From Candidatus Kuenenia stuttgartensis (GTDB lineage: Bacteria > Planctomycetota > Brocadiia > Brocadiales > Brocadiaceae): a stretch of DNA of 32,000 nt. Each line of letters opens with the position of its first letter. Position 1 is the stretch's first letter. Shown piece by piece: positions 19,033 through 29,696 of the stretch. The notes under the pieces are model-generated. The model worked only from the letters and a program-made list of their open reading frames with translations, did not search any database and was not told the DNA's origin. The DNA lies in assembly GCF_900232105.1 (NCBI RefSeq), contig NZ_LT934425.1, positions 2,520,001 to 2,552,000 on the forward strand, in the 5' to 3' direction. The position numbers and the translations under genes are program-made.

Positions 19033-19803
19033 TCAAGTTTTTTTTGTAACATAATAAATCCACGCGCTATGGTTATCGCTATCGCCAGGATGTAATGTAT
19101 TGCCAAAGATATCGTACATTTCCACCGTTTCTAGTCCAATATCTTTGTTTTGTAATAGTTGATTATTTTTATTTATATAGTAAGTTAATAAAGCATAACT
19201 ATGTGCCTTATCATTAATAATTGCGTATGTTTCGTTAAACTGTTCCCGCCTTTTATTTTTTAAAAAATTAATCACTGAGCTAAAATATTTTGCAAAGAGT
19301 TTTGCCTGAACGTATGGGCAGGGTGCAAAAGACATCCTGGGAAAGGAATTTTCAAGGCGGTAATTTCTATTATGAGAAGAAAACACAAATACCCCATCTT
19401 TTTTTAGTATTCTATGAATTTCCTTTAAGGTTTTTAGCCGGTTATTATTGCCCATAGAATCTAATCCATTATATGAAAATAATACAAAATCAAACGTGTC
19501 ATCCTCAAAAATTTTCATATTTCTGACGTCATGATGGAGAAAAGTTGTATTGGCGAATTTTTCCTTGCAGAGTGCTATCATATCAAGAGAAAAATCCATC
19601 CCAATGTAATGCTTGCTTAATTTCGCCAGCGGTAAAGTTGTCCTTCCGGCGCCACATCCGATATCAAGTACCTGTCTGTCGGCAATATATTCCTTGTATT
19701 TTATAAAAATCATTACTTCGGCTATTTGCAATGCTGTAAGGGCATACTCTAGCACCGTGCGTTTCTTTTCATAACATCTCTTGTTTATAGCTTCGTAAGG
19801 CAT
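19033..19803 (-). CDS. Class I SAM-dependent methyltransferase
   Basis: VLDIGCGAGRTTLPLAKL, YIGMDFSLDMI, DDTFDFVLFSYNGLDSM, LKEIHRILKKDGVFVFSSHN. Confidence 0.85.
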   Translation of the reverse strand: MPYEAINKRCYEKKRTVLEYALTALQIAEVMIFIKYKEYIADRQVLDIGCGAGRTTLPLAKLSKHYIGMDFSLDMIALCKEKFANTTFLHHDVRNMKIFEDDTFDFVLFSYNGLDSMGNNNRLKTLKEIHRILKKDGVFVFSSHNRNYRLENSFPRMSFAPCPYVQAKLFAKYFSSVINFLKNKRREQFNETYAIINDKAHSYALLTYYINKNNQLLQNKDIGLETVEMYDIFGNTLHPGDSDNHSAWIYYVTKKT

Positions 19804-20756
19804 TTTTCCCCTTTCAAAGAATCCTTTTCGTATCCTCTCAAAATTTCATCGTATTAAGATAGATATAGATATAGATTATAGATAAAGAATCCCTGATTTT
19901 TATAAAAAGTGACAAAAAATTAAGTTGAGAAACGAAAGACAGCAAGTTGTTTTCTTATCATAAATCAGGATAACGATAAAGCAAAAATCTATTTCTGTTA
20001 TCACTACTGCTTACTGCTTGCTGCTTTCGCATCACTTATCATCAGGCTCTTTCGCGCATTTCTCCAACTCTTGGAAACATGTCAATGTGGATTTTACCCT
20101 CCCATGTGGCGAAGTGCATCGGCTTAATTTCCTGCTAAAGCAGATTTTATTATTTCCCCCCCCATGCGGCAGCATGGAGCTTGCACATGGAATGATTTTT
20201 CAAAAAATTAAAATGGTACATGGTTTTTAAATTTTAACGAATGAAGAATATATCGATATGACCGACTTCCGCCGGACAATGACCATATATAGACATGGTT
20301 TAACATGTTGCTGTCGCATTGTTTATTATACTTGCATTGCTATAAGATAGATATCCGGTGACCGTTTCGCGTCTATCTCCGTAAGTGATATTAATTTAAG
20401 AAAATCCGTATGCCGTTATTCACCAATAGGTTATAAACTAATAAACATAAAAATAAAGACGGCATAGATGTTGCTTGCCTTTTGTTCAATCTTTTGCAAT
20501 AGGTTGTTGCAAAAATTATGGGCAATTTTCAAATGGACCTGGAATTCAGTCTTAAACTCAAAAAAAGAAAAATTTTGAGGCCTTGCCTCAGAAATAGTTG
20601 TTGTCAGCGCGTAATTGTGCAAATTGACAATCATAATTTGCACAAGGTAAAGCAGGGTGTTTAGGCTATATTCTGATGTGCAGGCACTATCAATTATTTT
20701 TGCAATCAGACATCCGTCGGCAAAATTCAAAGAGTAAAAATTATTCGCTTTTTGTA

Positions 20757-20784
20757 TTGACTTGAAAAGCAGATTAAGTATAAT
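20757..20784 (+). promoter_or_regulatory. Putative sigma70-type promoter for the octaheme cytochrome gene
   Basis: TTGACT (20757-20762) - 16 nt - TATAAT (20779-20784), ~190 nt upstream of the start codon. Confidence 0.55.
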
Positions 20785-20983
20785 AATCTGTCCGAAAAAA
20801 ACGATGGTAAGGAAGTTCAGTCTACAGTTAATTTTAGAGATAGCGTTTAACAGTTTAGGTTTAGTGTTTCGGAAAGGGGGTGGTTTGAGGGGTTCCAAGG
20901 TGGTGAAGTATGTTTATTGTTCCGCAATCAAACGTGATTGTGGTATGAGAGAAATGCGAGAAAGGAGGAAGATAAAAAGTATC

Positions 20984-22732
20984 ATGCGTAAATTTTTGAA
21001 AGTTACATTGGCATCAGCGTTGATTGGTTGTGGCGTTATAGGTACTGTTTCAAGCCTTATGGTGAAAGAAGCTAAGGCTGTAGAAATTATCACTCACTGG
21101 GTACCACACGAAGTTTATGGTATGCCTGGGGAGCCTGATAATAGTGGTAAGGTATTTTTCTCTGGTTTGAAAGCAAAATATATGGGTTACCCAAAAGATG
21201 CACAGAGGTCGCCATACCCGGGAAAATACAGCAAGTTTTGGAAGACATTGCCTGCGTACCGTTATTACATCCCGGATTATATGTACAACAGGGATGAGGT
21301 AAGGCCTTCAAACCCGATTAAGGGCACATTTAAGCTGGAGCAGTGTGTTGCTTGTCACTCAGTTATGACTCCCGGCATTGTAAGGGATTATAATAAGAGT
21401 GCTCATTCAAAGGCAGAGCCGGCACCAACTGGTTGTGATACCTGCCACGGCAACAACCATCAGAAGTTAACTATGCCTTCATCAAAGGCTTGCGGGACAG
21501 CGGAATGTCACGAAACGCAGTACAATGAGCAAGGGCAGGGAGGAATTGGTTCCCACGCATCTTGTTCCAGTTTCGCTCAGGTTGAGTGTGCATGGTCAAT
21601 TGAAAGGCCACCCGGAGATACAGCGGGTTGTACTTTCTGCCATACCAGCCCTGAAGAAAGGTGCAGCACTTGCCACCAGAGGCATCAGTTTGATCCGGCA
21701 GTTGCAAGACGCTCTGAGCAATGCAAGACCTGTCACTGGGGTAAAGATCACAGGGATTGGGAAGCTTATGATATAGGTCTTCATGGTACAGTATATCAGG
21801 TTAACAAGTGGGATACGGAACAGTTTGACTTCTCAAAGAAGCTTTCTGATGCTGATTACGTTGGTCCTACCTGCCAGTACTGTCACATGAGGGGCGGGCA
21901 TCATAACGTGCAGAGAGCAAGTATCGTATATACCAGTATGGGTATGTCGATGGCTGATCGTGGTGCACCACTCTGGAAGGAAAAGAGAGACCGTTGGGTA
22001 TCTATCTGTGACGACTGTCATTCACCAAGATTCGCCCGCGAGAATTTGCAGGCGATGGACGAGTCTGTTAAAGACGCTAGTTTGAAGTATCGTGAAACAT
22101 TCAAGGTAGCGGAAGATCTTCTTATTGACGGTGTACTAGACCCCATGCCAAAGGATCTTTGTCCTGATTGGTCAGGTCAGCACATCTGGAGTTTGAAGAT
22201 TGGGGCTTACCACGATGGAGAAGCTTACGGTGGAACTACCGGCGAATCCGGAGAGTTTAGAATGTCAAACTGTACTGATGTGGAGAGGCTTTGTTTTGAA
22301 AGTGTTGGTTACTTCCAGACATACATTTACAAGGGCATGGCGCACGGCTCCTGGAATGATGCTACCTACTCAGACGGTTCATTCGGTATGGATCGTTGGT
22401 TGGTCAACGTAAAGCAGAATGCTTCACGTGCAAGAAGGCTTGCTGCTTTGGAAAAGAAGGTTGGTATTTCATGGCAGCCTGAGCAGTTCTGGAAAACAGG
22501 CGAATGGCTGGATCAGTTGACCGGGCCATATATCGTAAAGAATCACCCTGGCAAGACGATCTTCGATCTTTGTCCAGATCCAGGCTGGTTAGACACACAT
22601 CATGCACCTGCTGAAGAGGTTGAGTACATTGAGAGAAAACTCAAGGAACTCGGCATTACCGCTGGTTCACACAGTGCGCATCATCATGAATCTGGCCATG
22701 ATCCAGCTGCAAGATCCATGAAAGAGCATTAA
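20984..22732 (+). CDS. Hydroxylamine oxidoreductase-like octaheme cytochrome c
   Basis: AAAGGAGG RBS, ATG 20984, signal peptide MRKFLKVTLASALIGCGVIGTVSSLMVKEAKA; haem motifs CVACH, CDTCH, CGTAECH (CX4CH), CTFCH, CSTCH, CKTCH, CQYCH, CDDCH; HAO-type spacing and C-terminal helical domain. Confidence 0.9.
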   Translation: MRKFLKVTLASALIGCGVIGTVSSLMVKEAKAVEIITHWVPHEVYGMPGEPDNSGKVFFSGLKAKYMGYPKDAQRSPYPGKYSKFWKTLPAYRYYIPDYMYNRDEVRPSNPIKGTFKLEQCVACHSVMTPGIVRDYNKSAHSKAEPAPTGCDTCHGNNHQKLTMPSSKACGTAECHETQYNEQGQGGIGSHASCSSFAQVECAWSIERPPGDTAGCTFCHTSPEERCSTCHQRHQFDPAVARRSEQCKTCHWGKDHRDWEAYDIGLHGTVYQVNKWDTEQFDFSKKLSDADYVGPTCQYCHMRGGHHNVQRASIVYTSMGMSMADRGAPLWKEKRDRWVSICDDCHSPRFARENLQAMDESVKDASLKYRETFKVAEDLLIDGVLDPMPKDLCPDWSGQHIWSLKIGAYHDGEAYGGTTGESGEFRMSNCTDVERLCFESVGYFQTYIYKGMAHGSWNDATYSDGSFGMDRWLVNVKQNASRARRLAALEKKVGISWQPEQFWKTGEWLDQLTGPYIVKNHPGKTIFDLCPDPGWLDTHHAPAEEVEYIERKLKELGITAGSHSAHHHESGHDPAARSMKEH

Positions 22733-22770
22733 TAACGTAACTTTTTTCATTAGTATAAAAGATGTTTATG

Positions 22771-22810
22771 AAAGGAAGCTGTGCAGTAATGCACAGCTTC
22801 CTTTTTTATT
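22771..22810 (+). terminator. Rho-independent terminator
   Basis: aaaggaagctgtgcagtaatgcacagcttccttttttatt: near-perfect hairpin plus T tract directly after the cytochrome gene. Confidence 0.9.
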
Positions 22811-22909
22811 ATAAATGAGTTGAAATACAAGAAATTTTACCTATACTTTCGTATACTTAAACATAAGCGACAAATATTCTACTTTTTATTTTCGTTGGAG
22901 ATTCCGGCA

Positions 22910-24121
22910 ATGAAGTTAAAGTTTTTTTACCTGTTACTATTACTCTCTATGGTTTGTATCTCATTTGCATGTGGCAAACGGGAGAAACATATTGAGCGAG
23001 CAAACACTTTGGCAAAGGAAAATAAATTAGAAGAAGCACTTAGTGAATATACGAAAGCTATTGAGTCGGATAAGTCTTCCGAAATAGCATACTATGGCAG
23101 AGGTGATGTTTACTTTAAGCTGGGGAAATTAGAAGATGCTGCTAAGGATTTTCGAAGTGCTATTGATATAAAACCGGGCTTTATTGAGGCGCACAAAAAA
23201 CTAGCAGAAACTTTTGATAAAATAGGCGCACCGCCAGATGAATTCCAAAAAAGAATTATTGCAATTGAAAATGAACCTGATAATCCGTTAACGCATGTGG
23301 AACTGGGCCTTTTTTTACATAAATTAGAACAAGATATCGATGCCATAGAAAATTATAAACATGCGCTGTCACTTGATCCAAATAACCCGTATATAATGTT
23401 TAACCTCGGCGTTGGTTATTTGGATATGGGCTTATATGAAGATGCAGAAAAAATATTTAGCGATGCCACTAAAATCGACGAGAATTATGATAACGCCCAT
23501 TATAATCTTGCGATTGCATTGCATAGGCAGGGTAAAATTGATGAGGCGATAAAAGAGCTAAATACCACTCTTGAAATCAATCCAAAATATTCCAACGTTT
23601 ATGTTGTATTTGGTTTAATGAGTTTAAGAGAGAAAAAATTTGAAGAAGCCCTCGTCCATTATAATAAAGCGATGGAAATAAACCCGGAAAACATAGAAGC
23701 CCGGTATCAGAGGGCAATTGTCTATGCATTACAACAGCGGTACGACGAGGCCTTGGAAGAAAACAGGGAAGTATTGAGAAGAAATCCGAAACATGCTAAT
23801 GCCGCATACAATATCGGTACGATTTATCATAGAATGGATCGGATGGACAAGGCAATGGAATGGTATGATAAGATTACAAAGAAAATCGACCCTCTTTATG
23901 AAGACGCCTATTACAACAGGGCGCAAATTTATAGTATGCAAGGGGATCACAGTAAGGCATATAGCGACTATATGTCTTATTCTATGATTACAAAATGGAG
24001 AACGGGGAAAGACCCTGCTGTCGTTTATAATCAGGATGAAATAAAAGAATTATTCACGACTGCCGTACCTGCTTTGCAAGAAGAAGTGCGTGATCAAAAA
24101 TTAGAATTGAAAACGAATTAA
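22910..24121 (+). CDS. TPR-repeat lipoprotein
   Basis: MKLKFFYLLLLLSMVCISFACGK lipobox then multiple TPR units (NPYIMFNLGVGYLDMGLYEDAEKIF, NAHYNLAIALHRQGKIDEAIKEL, etc.). ATG 22910 preferred to the track start 22820. Confidence 0.85.
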   Translation: MKLKFFYLLLLLSMVCISFACGKREKHIERANTLAKENKLEEALSEYTKAIESDKSSEIAYYGRGDVYFKLGKLEDAAKDFRSAIDIKPGFIEAHKKLAETFDKIGAPPDEFQKRIIAIENEPDNPLTHVELGLFLHKLEQDIDAIENYKHALSLDPNNPYIMFNLGVGYLDMGLYEDAEKIFSDATKIDENYDNAHYNLAIALHRQGKIDEAIKELNTTLEINPKYSNVYVVFGLMSLREKKFEEALVHYNKAMEINPENIEARYQRAIVYALQQRYDEALEENREVLRRNPKHANAAYNIGTIYHRMDRMDKAMEWYDKITKKIDPLYEDAYYNRAQIYSMQGDHSKAYSDYMSYSMITKWRTGKDPAVVYNQDEIKELFTTAVPALQEEVRDQKLELKTN

Positions 24122-24135
24122 ATAGACATCATCTG

Positions 24136-25236
24136 TTATCGTTCAAATGCATAATTGAACGATTCTTCAGTTAAGTGTGGTTGGTGTTTCAGCATAAAAC
24201 AGTCGAGTTCTTTTAATAATGTCATCTTCTCTTTTGCAGTCTGGAATGTTGCCTGAAAGGAATTCCTGGCGAGCCGGTAAATATCGTTATGATCTAAACG
24301 CAAAGCTTCCTGGACAGCAAGGAGGTTTTCATTTATGTATCCGCCAAAATAAGCGGGGTCGTCAGAATTGATGGTGACATGCAGCCCCATATCAAGCATC
24401 TTTTTTAAAGGATGCATCTTCAAAGAATCAAATATATGTAATTTTATATTAGATAAGGGGCACACCGTCAAAGGGATGCTCTCTGCCTTTAACAGAGCCA
24501 CTAATTGCATATCTTGTATGCAGGCAGTTCCATGGTCAATACGCAATGCTTTCAAATAATGTAAAGCCTGCCAGATGTATTCAGAAGGGCCTTCTTCTCC
24601 TGCATGCGCAACCGTGAGAAATCCTTCCTGCCTGGCTCTTGCAAAAACAGAAGCAAATTTTTTGGGAGGATACCCAACCTCGTATGAATCCAGGCCAACG
24701 CCAATAATCCATTCTCTATAGGGCAAAGATAACAACAGTGCTTCCATTGCAGACGCTACACTCATACAGCGTTGAAAACACATTATTAACCTCGCAGAAA
24801 TACCAAGTTTCTTTTCTCCATCCATCATGGCTCCTAAAATACCTATAAATACGGACTCAAACGATATACCTCTTGTTATGTGCGCTTGCGGGTCAAAAAA
24901 CATTTCTGTATGCCGTATATGTTGTGAGGATGCTTTTTTCAGATAGTTCCATGTTATTTCATAGAAATCCTGTTCGGTTAATAGCACCTGGATACCGCTG
25001 TAATATATCTCCAAAAAAGACGAGAGGTCTTCAAATGTATATGCCCTTCGCACATCTTCTACCGATTTATACGGGAGTTTTATTTTGTTCCTCTCTGCAA
25101 TGGCAACCATAAGTTGGGGTTCTAATGTGCCCTCTATATGAACATGAAGCTCCGCCTTTGGCATACCGCAAATAAATTCATTCATACGTTTTCGAATTAA
25201 CTCTCCACTATGAGGGAAAGAATCTTTTTTCCCCAA
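24136..25236 (-). CDS. add: Adenosine deaminase family protein (adenosine/adenine deaminase)
   Basis: PKAELHVHIEGTL, HAGEEGPSEYIWQAL, RIDHGTA, LTVCPLSNIKL, VTINSDDPAYFGGY. Confidence 0.88.
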   Translation of the reverse strand: MGKKDSFPHSGELIRKRMNEFICGMPKAELHVHIEGTLEPQLMVAIAERNKIKLPYKSVEDVRRAYTFEDLSSFLEIYYSGIQVLLTEQDFYEITWNYLKKASSQHIRHTEMFFDPQAHITRGISFESVFIGILGAMMDGEKKLGISARLIMCFQRCMSVASAMEALLLSLPYREWIIGVGLDSYEVGYPPKKFASVFARARQEGFLTVAHAGEEGPSEYIWQALHYLKALRIDHGTACIQDMQLVALLKAESIPLTVCPLSNIKLHIFDSLKMHPLKKMLDMGLHVTINSDDPAYFGGYINENLLAVQEALRLDHNDIYRLARNSFQATFQTAKEKMTLLKELDCFMLKHQPHLTEESFNYAFER

Positions 25237-25405
25237 TATTTAGTAAATAAAAATGTATGCCTTTTTCGAGTCCTTACCGAAAAAGGTGATGCTTTAAATG
25301 CAGACGTAATTATTGCAAGAAACAGCGTATTACAAGACATTGACAAAAATTTACTACTGTTTTGGTGTCGTGTGTAGTCAACAAAAACAGGAGCTATTCC
25401 AATAC

Positions 25406-26665
25406 CTATTCCTTTTTATATTTTTCTATCAAATAAGGTTTTTGTTTTTCAAACTCCATTGCCTGTAATTCTATGATGTCTTCTGCTTCTGTGGAATCCA
25501 TTTCCTTCACTTCACGGCAATATGATGCTGTTCGTCCGAAATAGAGGGGCGTTAACATGTCAACAAGCCGCCTTCTGTTCCTTTGCCAGTGGTTATACGT
25601 AAAGGCAAAGTCGCACAATATCCTTGCCCAAAGGTCTGAAGGGAAATGTATCTCTCCGGTTTTGTTGAAATCTATTGAAATATCATATAAACGGTTAAAA
25701 TTCTCAGCATCAAGTATCTGTTCATAAAAGGGTTCAAATTGTTCAAACCCATCGCTGAATTCTGCCAGTAATTTTGTAAAATTAACCGATACAGGCTCAA
25801 CCTTTGCCGCCTCGCCGGTAATTCCAACGGTTTCTATATCCACAGTCTTTTCCGCTTGTTTCCACTTTGATTCATATTTACTCATCAGATAATATAAAGT
25901 ACTGATAACCTGCTGAAACATGGGGCCAAGGTCCGCCGCCGGGTCTTTTGCATTATGAACCTTTGTTCCCAAATGCGCCTGCACGATTTTAAACCCTTCA
26001 TTAAGGGCAGTAGTAGTCATCCAGACGTCTATTCCGAAACGGGCAACATCTGACTCCCACACATCCTCGTTTACATAATATGCCGCCAGGTCGCCGCAAA
26101 ATCCAAAATCTCCGCCAATGGGCTGCCGGATTTTTGCGCCATATAAAGCACGGGTAAGCGGATAAACAATGTTGTTTGTAATGGTGCCATCATATTTATG
26201 GCGAAGATATAAAGGGGCAACAAAACCTGCCTGTTTGTTTATAATGGGGTCAGCAAGCATCTTAATCCATTCCGGTGTAATGCTCCTCAAATCAGCATCA
26301 ACAACAACGATGGCGTCTGCCTTCAATAATTGGGCAACCTCGAAAATTGCCCGGAATGCCGTTCCCTTTCCAGGAGTACCCCGGTAAATCGTTACGCGGC
26401 GCTCAATGCCGTCAGGAATGGTTGCGGAGTAAGCCTTTTCTCGTGTATCGTCAAGGGAACCACCATCGGAAACAAATACAGCGCATTTTTTATCGGGGTA
26501 ATATTTTTTTAAACCTTCAGCGGATACTGCCACAACATGCGAAATGGTGTCTTCACAATTATAGCAAGGAATGCCGACAATTATATCCACCTCCTGCATT
26601 TTACTTATCCACATGTGTACATTTTGACGAACGGCTGATGAGTACTTCTTTTTTAAATTGATCAT
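25406..26665 (-). CDS. GT2-fold glycosyltransferase, mannosylglucosylglycerate/glucosylglucosylglycerate synthase-like
   Basis: VDIIVGIPCYNCEDTISHVV, FVSDGGSLDDT, GTPGKGTAFRAIFEVA, VVVDADLRSITPEWI, GFCGDLAAYY; adjacent to a GpgS-like enzyme and its cognate phosphatase. Confidence 0.65.
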   Translation of the reverse strand: MINLKKKYSSAVRQNVHMWISKMQEVDIIVGIPCYNCEDTISHVVAVSAEGLKKYYPDKKCAVFVSDGGSLDDTREKAYSATIPDGIERRVTIYRGTPGKGTAFRAIFEVAQLLKADAIVVVDADLRSITPEWIKMLADPIINKQAGFVAPLYLRHKYDGTITNNIVYPLTRALYGAKIRQPIGGDFGFCGDLAAYYVNEDVWESDVARFGIDVWMTTTALNEGFKIVQAHLGTKVHNAKDPAADLGPMFQQVISTLYYLMSKYESKWKQAEKTVDIETVGITGEAAKVEPVSVNFTKLLAEFSDGFEQFEPFYEQILDAENFNRLYDISIDFNKTGEIHFPSDLWARILCDFAFTYNHWQRNRRRLVDMLTPLYFGRTASYCREVKEMDSTEAEDIIELQAMEFEKQKPYLIEKYKKE

Positions 26666-26780
26666 GAAAATCCCCCCCCTTCTTTTTGTTTATCCCCGGT
26701 TAATTATAAAATTACTCTGTATCGATGCACAATCTTTACCCTACTCCATATGTCCGAAAATGTAAGGTATATTTTTCAGA

Positions 26781-27998
26781 TTAACGCGTTTTTGTATTAT
26801 CAGCTTCTACTGCAGCAATTAATTTATTAAAGAAATCGGGGATTGCAGAAATAATCCTGTTCCAATTTGGAATAAAAGGTATCCCCGATGGGTCATTTAG
26901 AAATTGTTCTCCTGCTATGCCAATACTTTTGACGAATGCGTCAACGGCATTCATTTCCTGATGACGGTCAAAAACAAGCCCGTTAATTGCAGAGTCGTGG
27001 TTGTATTTTTCAATGAATTCATGACCTGCCCTTTGGTATGTAGCCCTCAGCGTTCTGAAGCATTCACCTGAAAAAACAACACCCATACTAGCCAGATTTT
27101 TGTAAATGGACTTAGCGATGTCAATGCTCATTTTGGTAAGCCCGGTGGTTGGGTCTTCGTCAGATAACGGTTGATGTTTGTGTTCATACGTTTCACACAA
27201 ATCAACCTGGCAAATCCTTCTCATCGAACAATTTCTGTAAACTTCAGCCAAAACACCCACCTCCAGTCCCCAATCTCCCGGTATTCTGTTAATACGTGCA
27301 AGGTCGGTTGCCATTGAAAATTCTCCTGCAAGCGGATAACGAAAGCTGTCGAGGTATTCGAGGAAATCGTTATTGCCTATTATTTTTTTCAACGACCTGA
27401 TGAAAGGAGTCACAAATAACCTTGTGACACGGCCGTGCATCCGATCGGTAATACGGTGATAGTATCCTTTGCAGAATTCAAAATCCAAATTGGGATTTAC
27501 CACAGGATAGCATAATCGTGCCAAAAGTTCACGGCTATAGTTTGTAATGTCGCAATCATGCAAGGCAATTACTTTTGATTTTTCTGTCGCCAGCACATAT
27601 CCATAAGCGAGCCATGCTGACCGTCCCTTTCCGTCAATGCCCGCAGATATCTTCTCGTCCGTTAAAAGCTTATACAGATTTTGAATATTTTCTCCGTCAT
27701 TCCAGATTAATTTTGTTTCCTGAGGGAGAACCGAAAAAAATCGTTTTGCTTCGGCAAATTCGCTTTCATTAAACCGACCAAGCGTCACAACAACCTGGCT
27801 TATATACTTTACCTCCTTAATCTGTTCAACGATTCCCCGTAAAGCAGTTCCTTTCAGTTCAACGGGCGTCGCCGGCAAAACAAGCGCAACAGGCCGTGAA
27901 TAGGCATATTTTTCAATGCCATGCTCTATCTTTTCTATTGTGGTGGTGTCAAACCTGTGAATTGTGGTAATCTCACCATTTTGAAAAAAATCTCCCAT
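26781..27998 (-). CDS. Glucosyl-3-phosphoglycerate synthase-like (GT81) glycosyltransferase
   Basis: VALVLPATPVEL, GKGRSAWLAYGYVLA, VIALHDCDITNY, PLAGEFSMATDLARINRIPGDWGLEVGVLAEVYRN. Confidence 0.8.
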   Translation of the reverse strand: MGDFFQNGEITTIHRFDTTTIEKIEHGIEKYAYSRPVALVLPATPVELKGTALRGIVEQIKEVKYISQVVVTLGRFNESEFAEAKRFFSVLPQETKLIWNDGENIQNLYKLLTDEKISAGIDGKGRSAWLAYGYVLATEKSKVIALHDCDITNYSRELLARLCYPVVNPNLDFEFCKGYYHRITDRMHGRVTRLFVTPFIRSLKKIIGNNDFLEYLDSFRYPLAGEFSMATDLARINRIPGDWGLEVGVLAEVYRNCSMRRICQVDLCETYEHKHQPLSDEDPTTGLTKMSIDIAKSIYKNLASMGVVFSGECFRTLRATYQRAGHEFIEKYNHDSAINGLVFDRHQEMNAVDAFVKSIGIAGEQFLNDPSGIPFIPNWNRIISAIPDFFNKLIAAVEADNTKTR

Positions 27999-28011
27999 GT
28001 TTTTCCTCTTT

Positions 28012-28821
28012 TTATAGGTCTTCGAATATCCTTAATATCTCCCTATTCCAACCTGCCGGGCCAATTCCATCGGCATAAACAAGATTTGGAAGCTGAATCC
28101 TTTTATCATAATCTCCCGTTTTTTTCCGGACAATAACGGGAACATCTACCGCGGCTAACATAGGCAGATCTATATGGCTGTCGCCAATGCCAATTGTGCG
28201 TATTTGATCATGATAATGATCGCAATACATATTGATTAGCATTCTTACTGCTTTCCCTTTGTCGGTATTTAAGCTAAAAATGTGATGAAAACGTCCTCCT
28301 TCCATAAAATTAAAACCCAAAGCATTAAATATTTTTTTGATTTTGTTAATATTTTCATGACCACTTTCTATAAAAATTGGTTCAGAATAAAGACGCTGTT
28401 TCGCTCGTATCGCGGAAGAAATATCGATTCCCGTAATAGCCGAAATTTTCCCGGGCGTTAAATCGGAAAAACCTGTTATGGCAATACCGCAAGATTCCCT
28501 TATCTTGTGTAATGCAGCTACAATTTCCTTATAGGGGGTTCCAAGCCTGACTATGCTATAGTTCCCGTTTTTTTTATCAATGACAGATTTGAAATATCCG
28601 TCCGGTATAATAATAGCACCGCCATTTTCAGGGATAAAAGGGTCTTTATTGTCCAGTTTTTCACGATATACCTCAATCTCGGCCTGTGTTTTACTCGTAC
28701 AGATTACTACAGGAATGTTACGCGCACGAACCAACGCCAGGGCCTCTTTTGCCTTTTCGAAGGAATAGGTGGTATGGTCTAACAACGTTCCGTCCAGATC
28801 AGTTATTATGATATACTTCAT
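28012..28821 (-). CDS. HAD-IIB mannosyl/glucosyl-3-phosphoglycerate phosphatase
   Basis: IITDLDGTLLDHTTYSFEKAKEAL, CTSKTQAEIEVYREKL, PFIPENGGAIIIP, IGIGDSHIDLPMLAAVDVPVIVRK. Confidence 0.85.
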   Translation of the reverse strand: MKYIIITDLDGTLLDHTTYSFEKAKEALALVRARNIPVVICTSKTQAEIEVYREKLDNKDPFIPENGGAIIIPDGYFKSVIDKKNGNYSIVRLGTPYKEIVAALHKIRESCGIAITGFSDLTPGKISAITGIDISSAIRAKQRLYSEPIFIESGHENINKIKKIFNALGFNFMEGGRFHHIFSLNTDKGKAVRMLINMYCDHYHDQIRTIGIGDSHIDLPMLAAVDVPVIVRKKTGDYDKRIQLPNLVYADGIGPAGWNREILRIFEDL

Positions 28822-29696
28822 GGTTGATTTGTCTCCGTCTTTCCAAAAGACTTTTTCATGTAAAAATAGCTGAACCCTGCGACCAGAAGCAAAATAAATA
28901 CAGAAGCTGCAGCTCCCTGTCCGAAATCGCCTTTATAAAAGAAAAGTCTGTAAGAATATACCGATAACGTTTCAGTAGCTCCTCCTGGCCCGCCGCCTGT
29001 CAAAACATAAACAAGATCAAATATCCTTAAGGTGTCAATTGCACGGAACAAAACGGCCACCCCCAATATGGGTAGTATTAATGGAAGCGTTATGTATCTG
29101 AAAGACTGCCAACTGTTTGCCCCATCAATTATGGAAGCCTTGTATATTTCACGCGGTATGGCAGAAAGGCCCGCCCATACAATTATAGCTACAAACGGAG
29201 ACGTCTTCCAGACATCTGCCATCACCAGGGATAAAAAAGCGACAAATGAATTTCCGAGCCAATTAATTCTGCCAATTTCAATAATTCCTAAAAGATAATT
29301 CAAAATGCCAAGGTTGTAATCCAGCATCCATTGCCACATTCTGGCCGTTACTACAGTCGGTATTATCCAGGGTATTAATATAAAAATTCTCAAAAACCCT
29401 TTTTTTTCAGAAATAAGATTGAGCATAAGCCCAAAACATAAACCTACTATTGCCTCAAGAGATATCGAAACAAAGGTGAAAAGAAGGGTAAAAAAAAGAG
29501 CATGCCAAAAGCGTGAATACGATACTAAAACTTTGTAATTATGAAAACCATTAAATGTTTCGTCAGGCAGTATTGTTTTTGAGTTTTTGAAAGAAAGCAC
29601 AAGCGTATCAATGAACGGGAATAGACTAAACAGCGCCACTAATACTAATCCTGGGATTAAGCAGAAATAGGGGAATCTATTCCTTTGCAAAATCAT
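28818..29696 (-). CDS. ABC-type sugar permease (MalF-like)
   Basis: Multi-TM with EAA-type loop EIYKASIIDGANSWQSFRYITLPLILP; FRAIDTLRIFDLVYVLTGGGPGGATETLSVY. Confidence 0.92.
   Translation of the reverse strand: MILQRNRFPYFCLIPGLVLVALFSLFPFIDTLVLSFKNSKTILPDETFNGFHNYKVLVSYSRFWHALFFTLLFTFVSISLEAIVGLCFGLMLNLISEKKGFLRIFILIPWIIPTVVTARMWQWMLDYNLGILNYLLGIIEIGRINWLGNSFVAFLSLVMADVWKTSPFVAIIVWAGLSAIPREIYKASIIDGANSWQSFRYITLPLILPILGVAVLFRAIDTLRIFDLVYVLTGGGPGGATETLSVYSYRLFFYKGDFGQGAAASVFILLLVAGFSYFYMKKSFGKTETNQP

Noticed and set aside
20018-20230. 70-aa plus-strand ORF in the intergenic region
   Set aside because: No RBS, no domain and atypical composition; probably non-coding.
20431-20898. 155-aa minus-strand ORF upstream of the octaheme cytochrome
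   Set aside because: No family signature. Biased composition, no clear RBS, and it lies over the putative TTGACT-16-TATAAT promoter and leader of the cytochrome gene.
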